NCBI GenBank assembly: GCA_943350395.1
Contig: CALRAD010000001.1
Span: forward strand, 35,860-99,859
DNA length: 64,000 nt
Direction of reading: 5' to 3'
Source of the DNA: Candidatus Peribacteria bacterium
GTDB taxonomy: Bacteria > Patescibacteriota > Gracilibacteria > Peribacterales > Peribacteraceae
The position numbers and the translations under genes are program-made. Below, piece after piece: positions 37,462 to 49,657 of the stretch (the first letter of the stretch is position 1; the number at the start of each line of letters is the position of its first letter). The notes under the pieces were generated by a model. The model did not search any database. It saw only the letters and a list, made by a program, of their open reading frames with translations, and had not been told where the DNA came from.

Positions 37462-39066
37462 ATGACAAACCGAACGCGTCTCTTCAGTTGCATCACGCTC
37501 GTGTCTTTCCTCTTCCCGATGATCGTATCAGCTCGTCCGATCAGCGAGATCGTGAACCCGTCACTGCAGACCGTATCAAGATCAAACTTCCTCACATGGT
37601 CCTTCGAAACGCTCAGTATTCAGAAGACAAATGCCAATTGCACGCTGCCGTTCACAAGGTTTCCTCGCGGTCTAAAATCGGTGCTCTGTGCTGCGCTCGA
37701 TCAGGGTGCTCTCGACGCATTCCCATCGGGAAATGGATACACGCTTGGCAAGACCATCACGCATGGCGAAGCACTGCAAGTGGTGACGGCACTCCTCAAT
37801 AAGCAGGAGAACGCGAACGTGTCCGCATTCAAAGACGTCAAAACGAATGCAGAGAAACAAGCAGTGATGAATGCGATTGCACTCAAGTGGATGACTCCGA
37901 CGAAATCCAATCTGTTCGGTCTCAGTCGTCCACTTTCGGGGAGCGAGGCACTCACGCTCCTCTCTGCCGCATCCACACAATCAACTGCGAAAACACAGAC
38001 AATCACGATCAGCCTGCCGACGCAGGGACAGAGCACTGTTCCGAAGAGCGAACTTCTGGAAGCGGTGTGGCAACTCATCAACCGCGACTTCCTGAGGAAC
38101 GAAAAGATCGATTCGACGGAGGCAGGCTATAAAGCCATCGAAGCTCTCGTCGATTCCCTCAAGGATCCGTACTCCAATTTTTTCAGGCCTGCGAGCGCAA
38201 GTGACTTCCAGTCGCAGATCAAAGGTGAACTGAGTGGCATTGGCGCGAACATCGAAGACATCGACGGCATGATCACCGTCGTCTCACCGCTCCCGGGTTC
38301 GCCCGCCGAGAAAGCAGGCATTCAAGCGAAAGACCAAATTCTTGAAGCAAACGGCACCGTACTCTCCGGACTCGGAGTCGAGAAAGCCGTTACGTTTATC
38401 CGCGGAGAGATCGGCACCTCCGTCACGCTCAAGATTCGAAGAAACGGCACGGAAATCACGATCACCATCGTGAGAAATCTCATTTCAATTCCGGAAATCC
38501 AAGTGAAATGGCAAGGAGACATCGCCGTCGTGCAACTTGCGCAATTCGGCGAGACGACTGACAAGCAGATCCGCACGGTCTTTGCGAATATCGCAAAGCA
38601 AAACCCGCACGGAATTATTCTGGATCTTCGCAATAATGGTGGCGGACTTCTGACTGCGGCAGATGCCGTTGTCAGCAATTTTGTACCGAAAGGCACCGTC
38701 GTTGCAAAAGTGCAGGGCAAAACAGAGACAACAGTCGAGAAAACCCAAGACGAAGCGACAATCGAATCGGGCATCAAGATGGTCGTGCTGATCAATAAAG
38801 GATCCGCAAGCGCATCTGAGATCGTCGCAGGTGCACTTCAGGATCATAAGAGAGCAACCATTGTGGGAGTCCAGAGCTTCGGCAAAGGAACCGTACAGGA
38901 AGTGATCAGCTTTAGGAGCGGAGAAGCACTCAAGCTCACGATTGCCGAATGGCTAACTCCACTCGGTCGCAAACTCGATAATCTCGGGGTGAAACCAGAC
39001 ATTGTCGTCGAGAAGGAAGGCACTCGCGATGACCAGCTACAGCGGGCGCTTGAACTCCTGCGATAG
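37462..39066 (+). CDS. S41 carboxyl-terminal protease with SLH-like and PDZ domains
   Basis: GIGA..GSPAEKAG, LDLRNNGGG, SASASEI, SFGKGTVQ; N-terminal FKDV. Confidence 0.92.
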   Translation: MTNRTRLFSCITLVSFLFPMIVSARPISEIVNPSLQTVSRSNFLTWSFETLSIQKTNANCTLPFTRFPRGLKSVLCAALDQGALDAFPSGNGYTLGKTITHGEALQVVTALLNKQENANVSAFKDVKTNAEKQAVMNAIALKWMTPTKSNLFGLSRPLSGSEALTLLSAASTQSTAKTQTITISLPTQGQSTVPKSELLEAVWQLINRDFLRNEKIDSTEAGYKAIEALVDSLKDPYSNFFRPASASDFQSQIKGELSGIGANIEDIDGMITVVSPLPGSPAEKAGIQAKDQILEANGTVLSGLGVEKAVTFIRGEIGTSVTLKIRRNGTEITITIVRNLISIPEIQVKWQGDIAVVQLAQFGETTDKQIRTVFANIAKQNPHGIILDLRNNGGGLLTAADAVVSNFVPKGTVVAKVQGKTETTVEKTQDEATIESGIKMVVLINKGSASASEIVAGALQDHKRATIVGVQSFGKGTVQEVISFRSGEALKLTIAEWLTPLGRKLDNLGVKPDIVVEKEGTRDDQLQRALELLR

Positions 39067-39067
39067 C

Positions 39068-39661
39068 ATGTCACCTCTCATCCTTGCGTCGGCAAGTCCT
39101 CAACGAAAAACACTGCTCTCTGGTCTTGGACTGCAGTTTCACATCATCCCGAGCGGGGTCGAAGAGGACGATCATCCGGAATTCGATCCCCGGAAGCGCT
39201 CTCAAGATCTCGCAAGGCTTAAGGCACTCGACGTGCATGCCTTGCATACGGATGCGATTGTAATCGGATGCGATACGCTGGTCGTAGTCGGGGAGACGCC
39301 CCAGCGGGACGTCTCTACATTGCTTGAAAAACCGAAAAATGACGCGGACGCACGAAGGATGCTGCTTCTCCAAAGCGGCAAGACTTCGCTCGTTCATTCG
39401 GCCGTCTGCGTCGTTGATGAGTCAGGCAAAACACACGAAGGAATTTCTTCCTCAAACGTGACATTCAAGAAACTCAGTGAGAAAGAAATAGACTGGTGGA
39501 TAGCCACAAAACTCTGGCAGGGTCGATCCGGCGGATTTCAGATCGACGGGCTTGGGCAACTCATGATCCAGTCCATCACGGGTGACTGGACAGGGATCGT
39601 GGGGCTACCGGTATTTTTGCTTGGCGAACTGCTGGAAAAAGCCGGATACACTTTCCGGTAA
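39068..39661 (+). CDS. maf: Maf family nucleotide pyrophosphatase
   Basis: LILASASPQR, IGCDT, LEKP, IVGLP. Confidence 0.93.
   Translation: MSPLILASASPQRKTLLSGLGLQFHIIPSGVEEDDHPEFDPRKRSQDLARLKALDVHALHTDAIVIGCDTLVVVGETPQRDVSTLLEKPKNDADARRMLLLQSGKTSLVHSAVCVVDESGKTHEGISSSNVTFKKLSEKEIDWWIATKLWQGRSGGFQIDGLGQLMIQSITGDWTGIVGLPVFLLGELLEKAGYTFR
39292..39318. repeat. REP-like palindrome inside maf
   Basis: GGAGACGCCCCAGCGGGACGTCTCTAC hairpin. Confidence 0.65.
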
Positions 39662-39672
39662 ACTGTTCGGAT

Positions 39673-39888
39673 CTATCGATTCGAATAGAACTTGTTCTTC
39701 CTGTTCTCTGCTCTGTATCCCTCGCGCTTGAGTGCGCGGATACGCTGCAAACGCTTGGTACGCTTCTTCTTGTAGGTCCTGCGCTCGCGAAGAACCTTCA
39801 CTAAACGAGACTTCTGCGCCTGCTGCTTGAAGCGCGTCTGGAGACGGTCGTTTGATTCATCGCCTTTCTTGATTGCGTAAATTGCCAT
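39673..39888 (-). CDS. rpsU: 30S ribosomal protein S21
   Basis: ES..RLQTRFKQ pattern, basic 71 aa. Confidence 0.75.
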   Translation of the reverse strand: MAIYAIKKGDESNDRLQTRFKQQAQKSRLVKVLRERRTYKKKRTKRLQRIRALKREGYRAENRKNKFYSNR

Positions 39889-39948
39889 AAAAATAGAATA
39901 GGGAGCTGACGTAGGGTAAGCGAGTTTTGTGCTTCGCGCAAGGCAATC

Positions 39949-40953
39949 CTAAGCTCCTAGGAGAGTGACTTCCTCATCGACCATCCCTGCCTTCCTGAAA
40001 CGCTCCCATGTCTTCGGTCCGCCTTCGACGAGAATCGAGGAAATGCCATAAAATGACACCTTTGACGTGAGAAGCATTGTCCAAAGAATAGACCAGTCAA
40101 ATGTTTCTTCTTTCATGAGACATTCCATCACGACTGCCCCCCTGCTTTCGATCTCAGATTTTTTCTGTCGATCTGCATCGGGAGCACAGATCACGATTGT
40201 TCGTGAAACATGCTCATCGCTTATAACAGTTGCGGTCAGAGGGATTTGAAGTTTCGAATCGAGAATGATGCGGTACGGCTGCATTCGTTCCCCTCCCCCC
40301 TCGGGGGAGGGGTTAGGGGTGGGGGAACGTACCGTCAGTCTGGAATTATCAGTCAGTATCGTTCCGACACCAACCAAAATTGCATCGTGCCGTGCACGCA
40401 AAAATGTATGCGCCCACGAATTTTGCTTCTCACTCGTGATCTTCATCATCGAGCGATCATCATTCGCGATTTTTCCATCGACTGTTCGTGCGATCTTCAG
40501 TGTAATCCACGGTCGATGATTTTTTTGGAGAGAAACAAAACCGCGATTAAGCCTTAGGCATTCATCTTCAAGCACAGGACCGAGCACCTCGATACCTGCT
40601 TTTCTGAGTGCTTCGACTCCCCTCCCCGCGACAGCGGGGTTCGGATCACACATACCGAAGACAACATGTTTGATGCCTGATTTGATGATTCTATCCGTAC
40701 ACGGAGGAGTCTTCTTCTCTGTATGACAACACGGTTCCAGATTCACATAGAGTATGTCATTTGAACTAATTTTTTGTTCATTCTTTTCGAGCAGATCACA
40801 CTCTGCATGAGCTTTTCCAAATTCTCTGTGAAAACCTTCCGACAGCACTTTGCCGTCACGCACGATGATAGCGCCAACCATGGGATTGATACCTGTCTTT
40901 CCTCTGCCCTTCTCGGCAAGTTCGAGACACCGGCGCATGAAAAGAGTATGCAT
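39949..40953 (-). CDS. ribD: Riboflavin biosynthesis deaminase/reductase
   Basis: NPMVG, HAE, LEPCCH..TPPC, DAILVGVGT, ILVEGG. Confidence 0.94.
   Translation of the reverse strand: MHTLFMRRCLELAEKGRGKTGINPMVGAIIVRDGKVLSEGFHREFGKAHAECDLLEKNEQKISSNDILYVNLEPCCHTEKKTPPCTDRIIKSGIKHVVFGMCDPNPAVAGRGVEALRKAGIEVLGPVLEDECLRLNRGFVSLQKNHRPWITLKIARTVDGKIANDDRSMMKITSEKQNSWAHTFLRARHDAILVGVGTILTDNSRLTVRSPTPNPSPEGGGERMQPYRIILDSKLQIPLTATVISDEHVSRTIVICAPDADRQKKSEIESRGAVVMECLMKEETFDWSILWTMLLTSKVSFYGISSILVEGGPKTWERFRKAGMVDEEVTLLGA
40288..40326. repeat. Family A palindrome in frame inside ribD
   Basis: Minus strand TCCCCCACCCCTAACCCCTCCCCCGAGGGGGGAGGGGAA encodes SPTPNPSPEGGGE. Confidence 0.8.
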
Positions 40954-41064
40954 AGAGGAAGTGATTATAGCTCTTCTCTATACAGCCATCATTTTGTGTT
41001 CAATACGTTGAATTCGATGTTCATGATCGTCGAACCGATCTTTCGACTGGGAATGGCAATACAA

Positions 41065-41490
41065 TTATTGATTCCTAGCCTTCTCCAGAGCCTTTTGTAG
41101 CACCGATGTTGGTCGCTCCCCGCTTTGCGGGGTGGCTGTCTCGGCATGATGCTGAGCAGCACCAGTGCTCGAGACGAGCCGGTGATGCCGATGTGCATTT
41201 AAAACTTTTCTATAGCCTCCTTCGCCGTTCTCAAGAAACTTTGCGACACGCGTAACAGTTGTCGTGCTTGCTCCGGTCCTCTTCGCAATTTCTCTATACG
41301 TGACGCCCTGCGCAAGTAGCTTCGCCACTTCAAAGCGCTCACTCCATGCCTGGAGCTCTGAGAGCGTTCCAATATCACGCAGAAAATTAGCCATGTCCTC
41401 TTCTGTCTTGCACTGAGTCATCGCAGAGCACAGAGCCTTGAACCAAGGCTCACGCTTGAAGCTGTCTTCAGTGAAACGACGTTTGGACAT
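41065..41490 (-). CDS. TrpR-like (YerC/YecD) regulator
   Basis: FLRDIGTLSEL..RFEVAKLL..TYREIAKRTGASTTTVTRVA. Confidence 0.9.
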   Translation of the reverse strand: MSKRRFTEDSFKREPWFKALCSAMTQCKTEEDMANFLRDIGTLSELQAWSERFEVAKLLAQGVTYREIAKRTGASTTTVTRVAKFLENGEGGYRKVLNAHRHHRLVSSTGAAQHHAETATPQSGERPTSVLQKALEKARNQ

Positions 41491-41542
41491 GGTGAGGAAA
41501 AGAATGCTTGCACCCCGTAGCTCAGTAAGCGGGAATAGGAAC

Positions 41543-41571
41543 AATATACACGCAGAGCGAAGGGGTGTCAA
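41543..41571 (-). promoter_or_regulatory. Sigma70-type promoter of the TrpR-like gene
   Basis: TTGACA-17 nt-TATATT on the minus strand. Confidence 0.65.
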
Positions 41572-41637
41572 TGTGGTATCTCGTTAAAACACTCTATTCA
41601 AGAAAAATGGCTCCTAAGAGCCATAGTTCAATGAATG

Positions 41638-43709
<2,072 letters not shown>

Positions 43710-43734
<25 letters not shown>

Positions 43735-43844
43735 AAAACTAACGAGAAAGTGAAATAAAGAACTCTTGCCCCTCGAAGCTCTGAACGAACGTAGTGAGAG
43801 AAGAGCGAAGTGGGGTATTGCGTACGTTTTTTAAGTCCATAAAA
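43710..43844. repeat. 29-bp direct repeat of the fusA start region with a family B palindrome between the copies
   Basis: TATTGCGTACGTTTTTTAA(A/G)TCCATAAAA at 43710-43738 and 43816-43844; element at 43765-43815. Confidence 0.9.
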
Positions 43845-43938
43845 AGAGATGGCGAATGTTAAAGCCGAGGCAGTATAGGGAAAGAATGAAGCGATGAAAA
43901 TACCAATTTTTGCAAAAGAACAAGCTCACTCCATAAGT

Positions 43939-44060
43939 AAAGCCTCTCAAAAATGTCATGATGCGAGGAAGCAAGCAAAAAATTCAAGAAGCGTATTTTT
44001 ATACGCTGAATGAATTTTTGTGCGCAGCTGACGGAGCAGCATGCATTTTTCAGAGGCTTT
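43939..44060. repeat. Long imperfect inverted-repeat (MITE-like) element
   Basis: AAAGCCTCTCAAAAATG..CATTTTTCAGAGGCTTT termini; inner AAAAATTCA/TGAATTTTT and AGCGTAT/ATACGCT stems. Confidence 0.75.
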
Positions 44061-44517
44061 AGCCCATCTTGGCAAAGTGCGCGTATGCCTTATTCGCCTG
44101 CGCCATCTTGTAGACATCTTCTTTCTTCTTCACGGCTGCGCCTTGTTCTGCAGAAGCTTCGAGAAGTTCGAGTGCGAGCTTCTCAGCCATGGGCATACCC
44201 TTTCTTGAACGAGCAGCAATGAGGATCCAACGAATCGAGAGTGATTGCTGACGCTTCGCAGGAACTTCAGTTGGTACCTGGAAGATCGCACCGGCAACAC
44301 GCTTTGGGCGGACTTCCACGAGTGGAGTCGTATTGAGGAGTGCCTTGCTGAAAACATCCATCGGAGCTTCTTTTGTTCGCGTCTTAATGATGTCGATGGC
44401 ATCGGAAAAAATCCGACGCGCGATGGACTTCTTGCCTTGCGTCATGAGACAGCAAATGAACTTCTCGATGAGCGGGTCGGAACCCTTAGGGATGTACTGT
44501 TTTGGGAGAGTGGCCAT
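44059..44517 (-). CDS. rpsG: 30S ribosomal protein S7
   Basis: GKKSIA, PLVEVRPKRVAGA, MAQANKAYAH. Confidence 0.96.
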   Translation of the reverse strand: MATLPKQYIPKGSDPLIEKFICCLMTQGKKSIARRIFSDAIDIIKTRTKEAPMDVFSKALLNTTPLVEVRPKRVAGAIFQVPTEVPAKRQQSLSIRWILIAARSRKGMPMAEKLALELLEASAEQGAAVKKKEDVYKMAQANKAYAHFAKMG

Positions 44518-44560
44518 ACGAGTGAAAAGTTACGAAGTGGAAAAATGAAAAAGTACAGAA

Positions 44561-44980
44561 TTATTTCTTCGGTTTCTTTGCGCCGTACAGAGAGCGACCT
44601 TGTTTGCGGTCACGCACGCCTTCAGTATCGAGCACACCGCGAACGATGTGGTAACGGACACCCGGAAGGTCTTTCACACGGCCTCCGCGAACGAGGACAA
44701 CAGAGTGTTCCTGCAAATTGTGACCCTCTCCCATGATGTACGCCGTAATTTCCTCACCGTTCGTGAGACGCACACGGGCGATCTTTCGGAGAGCAGAGTT
44801 CGGTTTCTTCGGCGTCATTGTCGTCACTTTGAGACAGACACCGCGCTTCACAGGCGCTCCTTTCTTGAGTCTCACGCGTTTCATGGTGAGAGCGTTCCAA
44901 GTGTGCTGGAGGTTAGGAGCCTTGGTACGGCGTTTTTGACTGACTCTGCCGTGACGAACGAGTTGGTTGATGGTTGGCAT
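44561..44980 (-). CDS. rpsL: 30S ribosomal protein S12
   Basis: [30 protein letters not shown]. Confidence 0.99.
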   Translation of the reverse strand: MPTINQLVRHGRVSQKRRTKAPNLQHTWNALTMKRVRLKKGAPVKRGVCLKVTTMTPKKPNSALRKIARVRLTNGEEITAYIMGEGHNLQEHSVVLVRGGRVKDLPGVRYHIVRGVLDTEGVRDRKQGRSLYGAKKPKK

Positions 44981-45036
44981 AACGGGGCTAGATCTTAGAG
45001 GATAGAAATCAGACGGTAAAGAGCAGAAATAATGGC

Positions 45037-48000
45037 TTACTTCTTCTTTTTCTTGAGAGCAGCTTCCTCTGCACGATCTTCATCGTATTTCTTGCGGAAT
45101 GTTTCCCCTGCAGGGATGAGGCGACCGATGATCACGTTCTCTTTCAGTCCCTTGAGGTAATCGACGTTTCCGGTGGTGGCAGCTTCCACAAGCACACGGA
45201 TCGTCTCCTGGAAAGAGGCTCCTGCAAGCCATGATTCGGTTGCAAGTGAAACGCGAGTCAGACCCAAAAGCAGCTGTTCGTAGGTCGCTTCTTTCTTGTC
45301 CTTCTTGGCCTTCAGCTTCGAAAGCACATCATTTGCGCGACGAACGTCGGCGATATCGACGACTTCTCCGGCAAGGAGATTCGTGTCTCCTCCGTCGACG
45401 ATTCTAACCTTGCTGAACATCTTTCTGCCGATGATCTCGAGGTGCTTGTCGTTGATCGTCTGACCCTGCGAAGCGTAGATATGCTGCACTTCCTGCACGA
45501 TGTAATTCTGTACAGCGTAACTTCCCTGCTTCTCCAAGAGTTCCTGCAAGTTGTAGTGACCGGCATTCAGTGCCTGACCCGCTCTCACGACGTCTGCGTT
45601 CTTGACGAGGAGCGTCTCGCGGCTGGTGAACTCGTACGTGCGCTCCTGAATTTCACCGTGTTTTACGACAATCTTGCCTTGGCTCACCTCGGAAACTCTT
45701 CCGGGAATCGTAATCTTAATCGTGGACTTGTCCGAAATCGCCTTGGCGATCACGAGTCTCTCTTTCACTTCATCGCCCTTCTTCACCATGACTTGATATC
45801 CGGCGGGCACGAAGTACGTGTCTTGCCCGAGATCCACACCGGTAACGATTACCGTTGATACCCCGCTCTTGTGACTAACTTTCACCTGACCGTCGATATC
45901 GGAAAGAGTGGCCGGCGTCCTCGGGGGACGTGCCTCAAGAATTTCCTCGACTCGAGTGAGACCTTGCGTGATATCACTGCCTTCGGCGACTCCTCCCATG
46001 TGGAAGGTTCTCATCGTAAGCTGTGTTCCAGGCTCACCGATAGACTGTGCGGCAATGATGCCCACCGGCGTTCCGATCTTGACGGGCTTATTGTCAGATA
46101 AGTCTCTGCCGTAACACTTGATGCAGATGCCTCCGTCGGCGTGACACGTGATCACGGATCTCACGAGCACTTCGTTCACCTTGTGCTGATTGATAAGTGC
46201 GATGAGATCTGCGTCGATATCGTCATTGCGCTTGGCAATCACTTCTTTGCCGACCAAAAGATCTTCATTCAGCGTGCGACCGAAGATGCGGTTCTCGAAT
46301 TTCTCACCGATGCGCTCGGAATCGGCTCGCGTGATTTTGTGACCGAACGTCGATTCGCAATCCTCTTTCTTGATGACGATATCCTGCACGGCATCGACCA
46401 AGCGACGCGTCAGGTAACCGGCCTCGGCGGTCTTGAGAGCAGTGTCAGACTTTCCTTTGCGACCTCCGTGTGTTGCGATGAAGTACTCGAGAATCGTGAA
46501 GCCTTCTTTCAAGTTGCTCTGGATCGGAAGCTCGATCGTGCGACCGGATGGGTTTGCAACAAGACCTTTCATACCTGCAAGCTGTGTAATCTGACCCCAG
46601 TTACCGCGAGCTCCCGAGTCGATCATGTACGTGATGCTGTTCGTGGGAACGTCGGTGAACGACTTGATCATCGTCGACGCAATGTCTCCTTTCGCCTTGC
46701 TCCAAATGCGGATGGCATGGTGATAGCGCTCGTCGGCGGTGATCCAACCTTTCCAGTACTGGTTGTTGATCTTACGAACTTTTTCGTTTGCCTCGTCGAG
46801 GATCGCATCTTTCTCTTTCGGAACAAGCACATCGGTGATCGCAATAGAGATGCCGGATTTCGTCGCATACTTGAATCCGATGTTCTTGATGTCATTGGCC
46901 AATTTCGATGTGCGGTCCGTACCGATGACTTCAAGTGCGCGTGCAATCATCTTACTGAGGACTCCTTTCTTGAGGGTCTCGTTGATGATACCAAGCTCGG
47001 ACGGAATGATCTCCTGGAAGAGCAGTCGACCGGCAGTCGTTTCGATCGTATCGAACTCACCCTCGCCTTTCGGGAATCTGACGAGAATTTTTGCGCGCAG
47101 ATCCACGATGCCGTGTTCGTACGCAAGAATGGCTTCGTTCGAACAGCTGAACTTCATCCCGTCGCCTTTCAAGCCCGAATGCATCGACGTCAGGAAGTAA
47201 CAACCGAGCACCATGTCCTGAACCGGCGTGATGATCGGCTCGCCGGCAGAAGGCTTGAGAACGTTTTTTGCAGCATTCATGAGCTCTCTGGCTTCCGTCT
47301 GCGCAGGTTCGGAAAGCGGAACGTGCACGGCCATCTGGTCACCGTCGAAGTCGGCGTTGAACGCCGTACACACAAGTGGATGCAGCTGAATGGCAAGACC
47401 TTCGACGAGTCTCGGCATGAACGCCTGAATACCAAGGCGGTGCAGTGTCGGAGCGCGGTTTAAAAGCACGAATTTATTTTCAATAACCTCTTCCAGAATA
47501 TCCCATACTTTTTTACTTCCATCCAACACCATGCGCTCTGCACTTTTTACATTGTGAGCAAGTTCATCTCGGATGAGGCGACCGATCACGAACGGCTTGA
47601 AGAGTTTCATCGCCATTTCTTTCGGAAGTCCGCACTGATTCAAATTGAGATCCGGACCGACGACGATCACAGAGCGACCGGAGTAATCCACGCGCTTTCC
47701 GAGAAGGTTCTGACGGAAACGACCTTGCTTGCCTTTCAACATGTCCGAAAGCGAACGAAGTTTCCTCCTGTCGCCTGCGGTAAAGAGGGCTTTGCCTGCG
47801 CGCGCGGAATTGTTGAGGAGCGTATCCACTGCTTCTTGGAGCATGCGCTTCTCATTTCGGTTGATGACTTCAGGAGCACCGATACTCATGAGTTTCTTTA
47901 AGCGATTATTTCTGTTGATCACACGACGATAGAGATCGTTCAAGTCAGATGCGGCAAAACGACCACCATCGAGCTGCACCATCGGACGAAGATCCGGAGG

Positions 48001-48915
48001 CAACACGGGAATTCTTGTCATCACCATCCACTCGGGCTTGATGCCCGCTTGCTTGAGAGACTGCACGAGCTTCAAGCACTTCATGACTTTCTTGAGTCGC
48101 TGACCGCTGCTCTGGAGTCTCTGCTTCTGGAGATCATCAACCAGTTTTTCGTTGTCGATCGCCGCAATGATCTCTCGAAGCGACTCGGCGCCGGTTCCGG
48201 CGCGGAAGAGATGACCGAACTTCATGTTCATTTCGCGGAACTTGAGCTCGCTGAGCACAGATCCGACATGCAGATTTTCGAGATCGGCGAGTGCATCTTT
48301 GTGGTTGATCTTGAGCATCTCGAGCTTGTCTGCAGTTGCCTTATCGAGAGCATCGAGCTGATCGCGCGTCGGCTTCCCTTCTTTCATTGTCTTCTGCTCG
48401 TCATCATGCTCGCGCTTGATCTGATTCCTGCGTGCATCGTACTCCTGGAGAAGTTCCTTCGTTGCTCCGGCTTTTCCTTCCTCGTCGACCGTCACGACGA
48501 TATACGCGGAGAAGTAGACAATCTGCTCGAGTGTCTTGATCGAAATATCGAGAAGAAGTCCGAGGCGCGAAGGCGAAGATCGGAGGAACCAAATATGAGT
48601 GACCGGGACCGCAAGGTTGATGTGTCCCATGCGCTCGCGACGAACGATACTGCGTGTCACTTCGACTCCGCATTTCTCGCAGACGACACCGTTGTAGCGA
48701 ATGCCTTTGTACTTTCCGCAAAAACACTGGAAGTTCTTGGTGGGACCGAAGATGCGCTCGCAGAAGAGTCCATCGGGTTCAGCGCGCTGCGTTCGATAGT
48801 TCACGGTCTCGGGCTTCGTGACCTCACCTCGAGACCACGTAAGAATATCCTCGGGGCTTGCGACACTCAGTGCAACTGCATCGAACGAATCGGACGTGCG
48901 GGGGGTGAACGCCAT
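45037..48915 (-). CDS. rpoC: RNA polymerase beta-prime subunit
   Basis: [40 protein letters not shown]. Confidence 0.99.
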   Translation of the reverse strand: MAFTPRTSDSFDAVALSVASPEDILTWSRGEVTKPETVNYRTQRAEPDGLFCERIFGPTKNFQCFCGKYKGIRYNGVVCEKCGVEVTRSIVRRERMGHINLAVPVTHIWFLRSSPSRLGLLLDISIKTLEQIVYFSAYIVVTVDEEGKAGATKELLQEYDARRNQIKREHDDEQKTMKEGKPTRDQLDALDKATADKLEMLKINHKDALADLENLHVGSVLSELKFREMNMKFGHLFRAGTGAESLREIIAAIDNEKLVDDLQKQRLQSSGQRLKKVMKCLKLVQSLKQAGIKPEWMVMTRIPVLPPDLRPMVQLDGGRFAASDLNDLYRRVINRNNRLKKLMSIGAPEVINRNEKRMLQEAVDTLLNNSARAGKALFTAGDRRKLRSLSDMLKGKQGRFRQNLLGKRVDYSGRSVIVVGPDLNLNQCGLPKEMAMKLFKPFVIGRLIRDELAHNVKSAERMVLDGSKKVWDILEEVIENKFVLLNRAPTLHRLGIQAFMPRLVEGLAIQLHPLVCTAFNADFDGDQMAVHVPLSEPAQTEARELMNAAKNVLKPSAGEPIITPVQDMVLGCYFLTSMHSGLKGDGMKFSCSNEAILAYEHGIVDLRAKILVRFPKGEGEFDTIETTAGRLLFQEIIPSELGIINETLKKGVLSKMIARALEVIGTDRTSKLANDIKNIGFKYATKSGISIAITDVLVPKEKDAILDEANEKVRKINNQYWKGWITADERYHHAIRIWSKAKGDIASTMIKSFTDVPTNSITYMIDSGARGNWGQITQLAGMKGLVANPSGRTIELPIQSNLKEGFTILEYFIATHGGRKGKSDTALKTAEAGYLTRRLVDAVQDIVIKKEDCESTFGHKITRADSERIGEKFENRIFGRTLNEDLLVGKEVIAKRNDDIDADLIALINQHKVNEVLVRSVITCHADGGICIKCYGRDLSDNKPVKIGTPVGIIAAQSIGEPGTQLTMRTFHMGGVAEGSDITQGLTRVEEILEARPPRTPATLSDIDGQVKVSHKSGVSTVIVTGVDLGQDTYFVPAGYQVMVKKGDEVKERLVIAKAISDKSTIKITIPGRVSEVSQGKIVVKHGEIQERTYEFTSRETLLVKNADVVRAGQALNAGHYNLQELLEKQGSYAVQNYIVQEVQHIYASQGQTINDKHLEIIGRKMFSKVRIVDGGDTNLLAGEVVDIADVRRANDVLSKLKAKKDKKEATYEQLLLGLTRVSLATESWLAGASFQETIRVLVEAATTGNVDYLKGLKENVIIGRLIPAGETFRKKYDEDRAEEAALKKKKK

Positions 48916-48938
48916 ACGAGTGAGAGGAAAGGAGTGGA

Positions 48939-48974
48939 CCCCACTTCGCTCCTGAGGGAGCTACGAGGGGCAAG
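48939..48974. repeat. Family B palindrome in the rpoC leader
   Basis: CCCCACTTCGCTCCTGAGGGAGCTACGAGGGGCAAG; same ends as 43765-43815 in opposite orientation. Confidence 0.8.
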
Positions 48975-49187
48975 AGATAAAAGTATCAACGGGAGCAGGC
49001 ATTCTGCCTGCGTGTATGCGAATATGTTCACACACGAAGGAATGAAGCGCCGACCGGTGCGTTCGTCTGAAACGCTGGAGGCACTCCGATGATGGGCAGA
49101 TCATAGCGATAAAAACGCCATCGTAAAGTTATTATTGAACACTAAAATTGTTCAATTATCGATTACCCGCAGCTGAGACGCAGCGTC

Positions 49188-49544
49188 TCAGCTCCGAGGC
49201 GCATCCATCGTACCGAACATCTTCTCGAACGATCCATCGTAGGACTTGAGTGCGGAGCGGAGTGTTGTCATCTCATCTTCACTGAGGGACAAGGTCGACG
49301 ATGCATTGAGCATGGCACTACGAGTGTCTGCCGGAGACTCGATCTTATTTTGCTCTGTGAGATTCACATGCAACACGATGAACGCAGAGCAACTCTCGCA
49401 CTTGAGTTGCAGCAGCATGAAATCATCTCCGGTCAGTTTGACGGAGGGAAAATCGACACTGATATTCGTGCCGCATTGCGGACAGCGCATTTGCTCTCTG
49501 ATACGAGTGAGAATCTGATGTAGGGAATGAGGATTCACTTCCAT
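49188..49544 (-). CDS. Zinc-ribbon hypothetical protein
   Basis: CPQC and CESC pairs. Confidence 0.7.
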   Translation of the reverse strand: MEVNPHSLHQILTRIREQMRCPQCGTNISVDFPSVKLTGDDFMLLQLKCESCSAFIVLHVNLTEQNKIESPADTRSAMLNASSTLSLSEDEMTTLRSALKSYDGSFEKMFGTMDAPRS

Positions 49545-49657
49545 GATCATTATTCTACTAGAAAAATAGGAAATTTGTCAGATTCTTAGACCCCAGTTTC
49601 GAATTCCTTCAATGCGACCTTTCGATCTGGAAAAAAACTCACGCTACGATATGTGCC

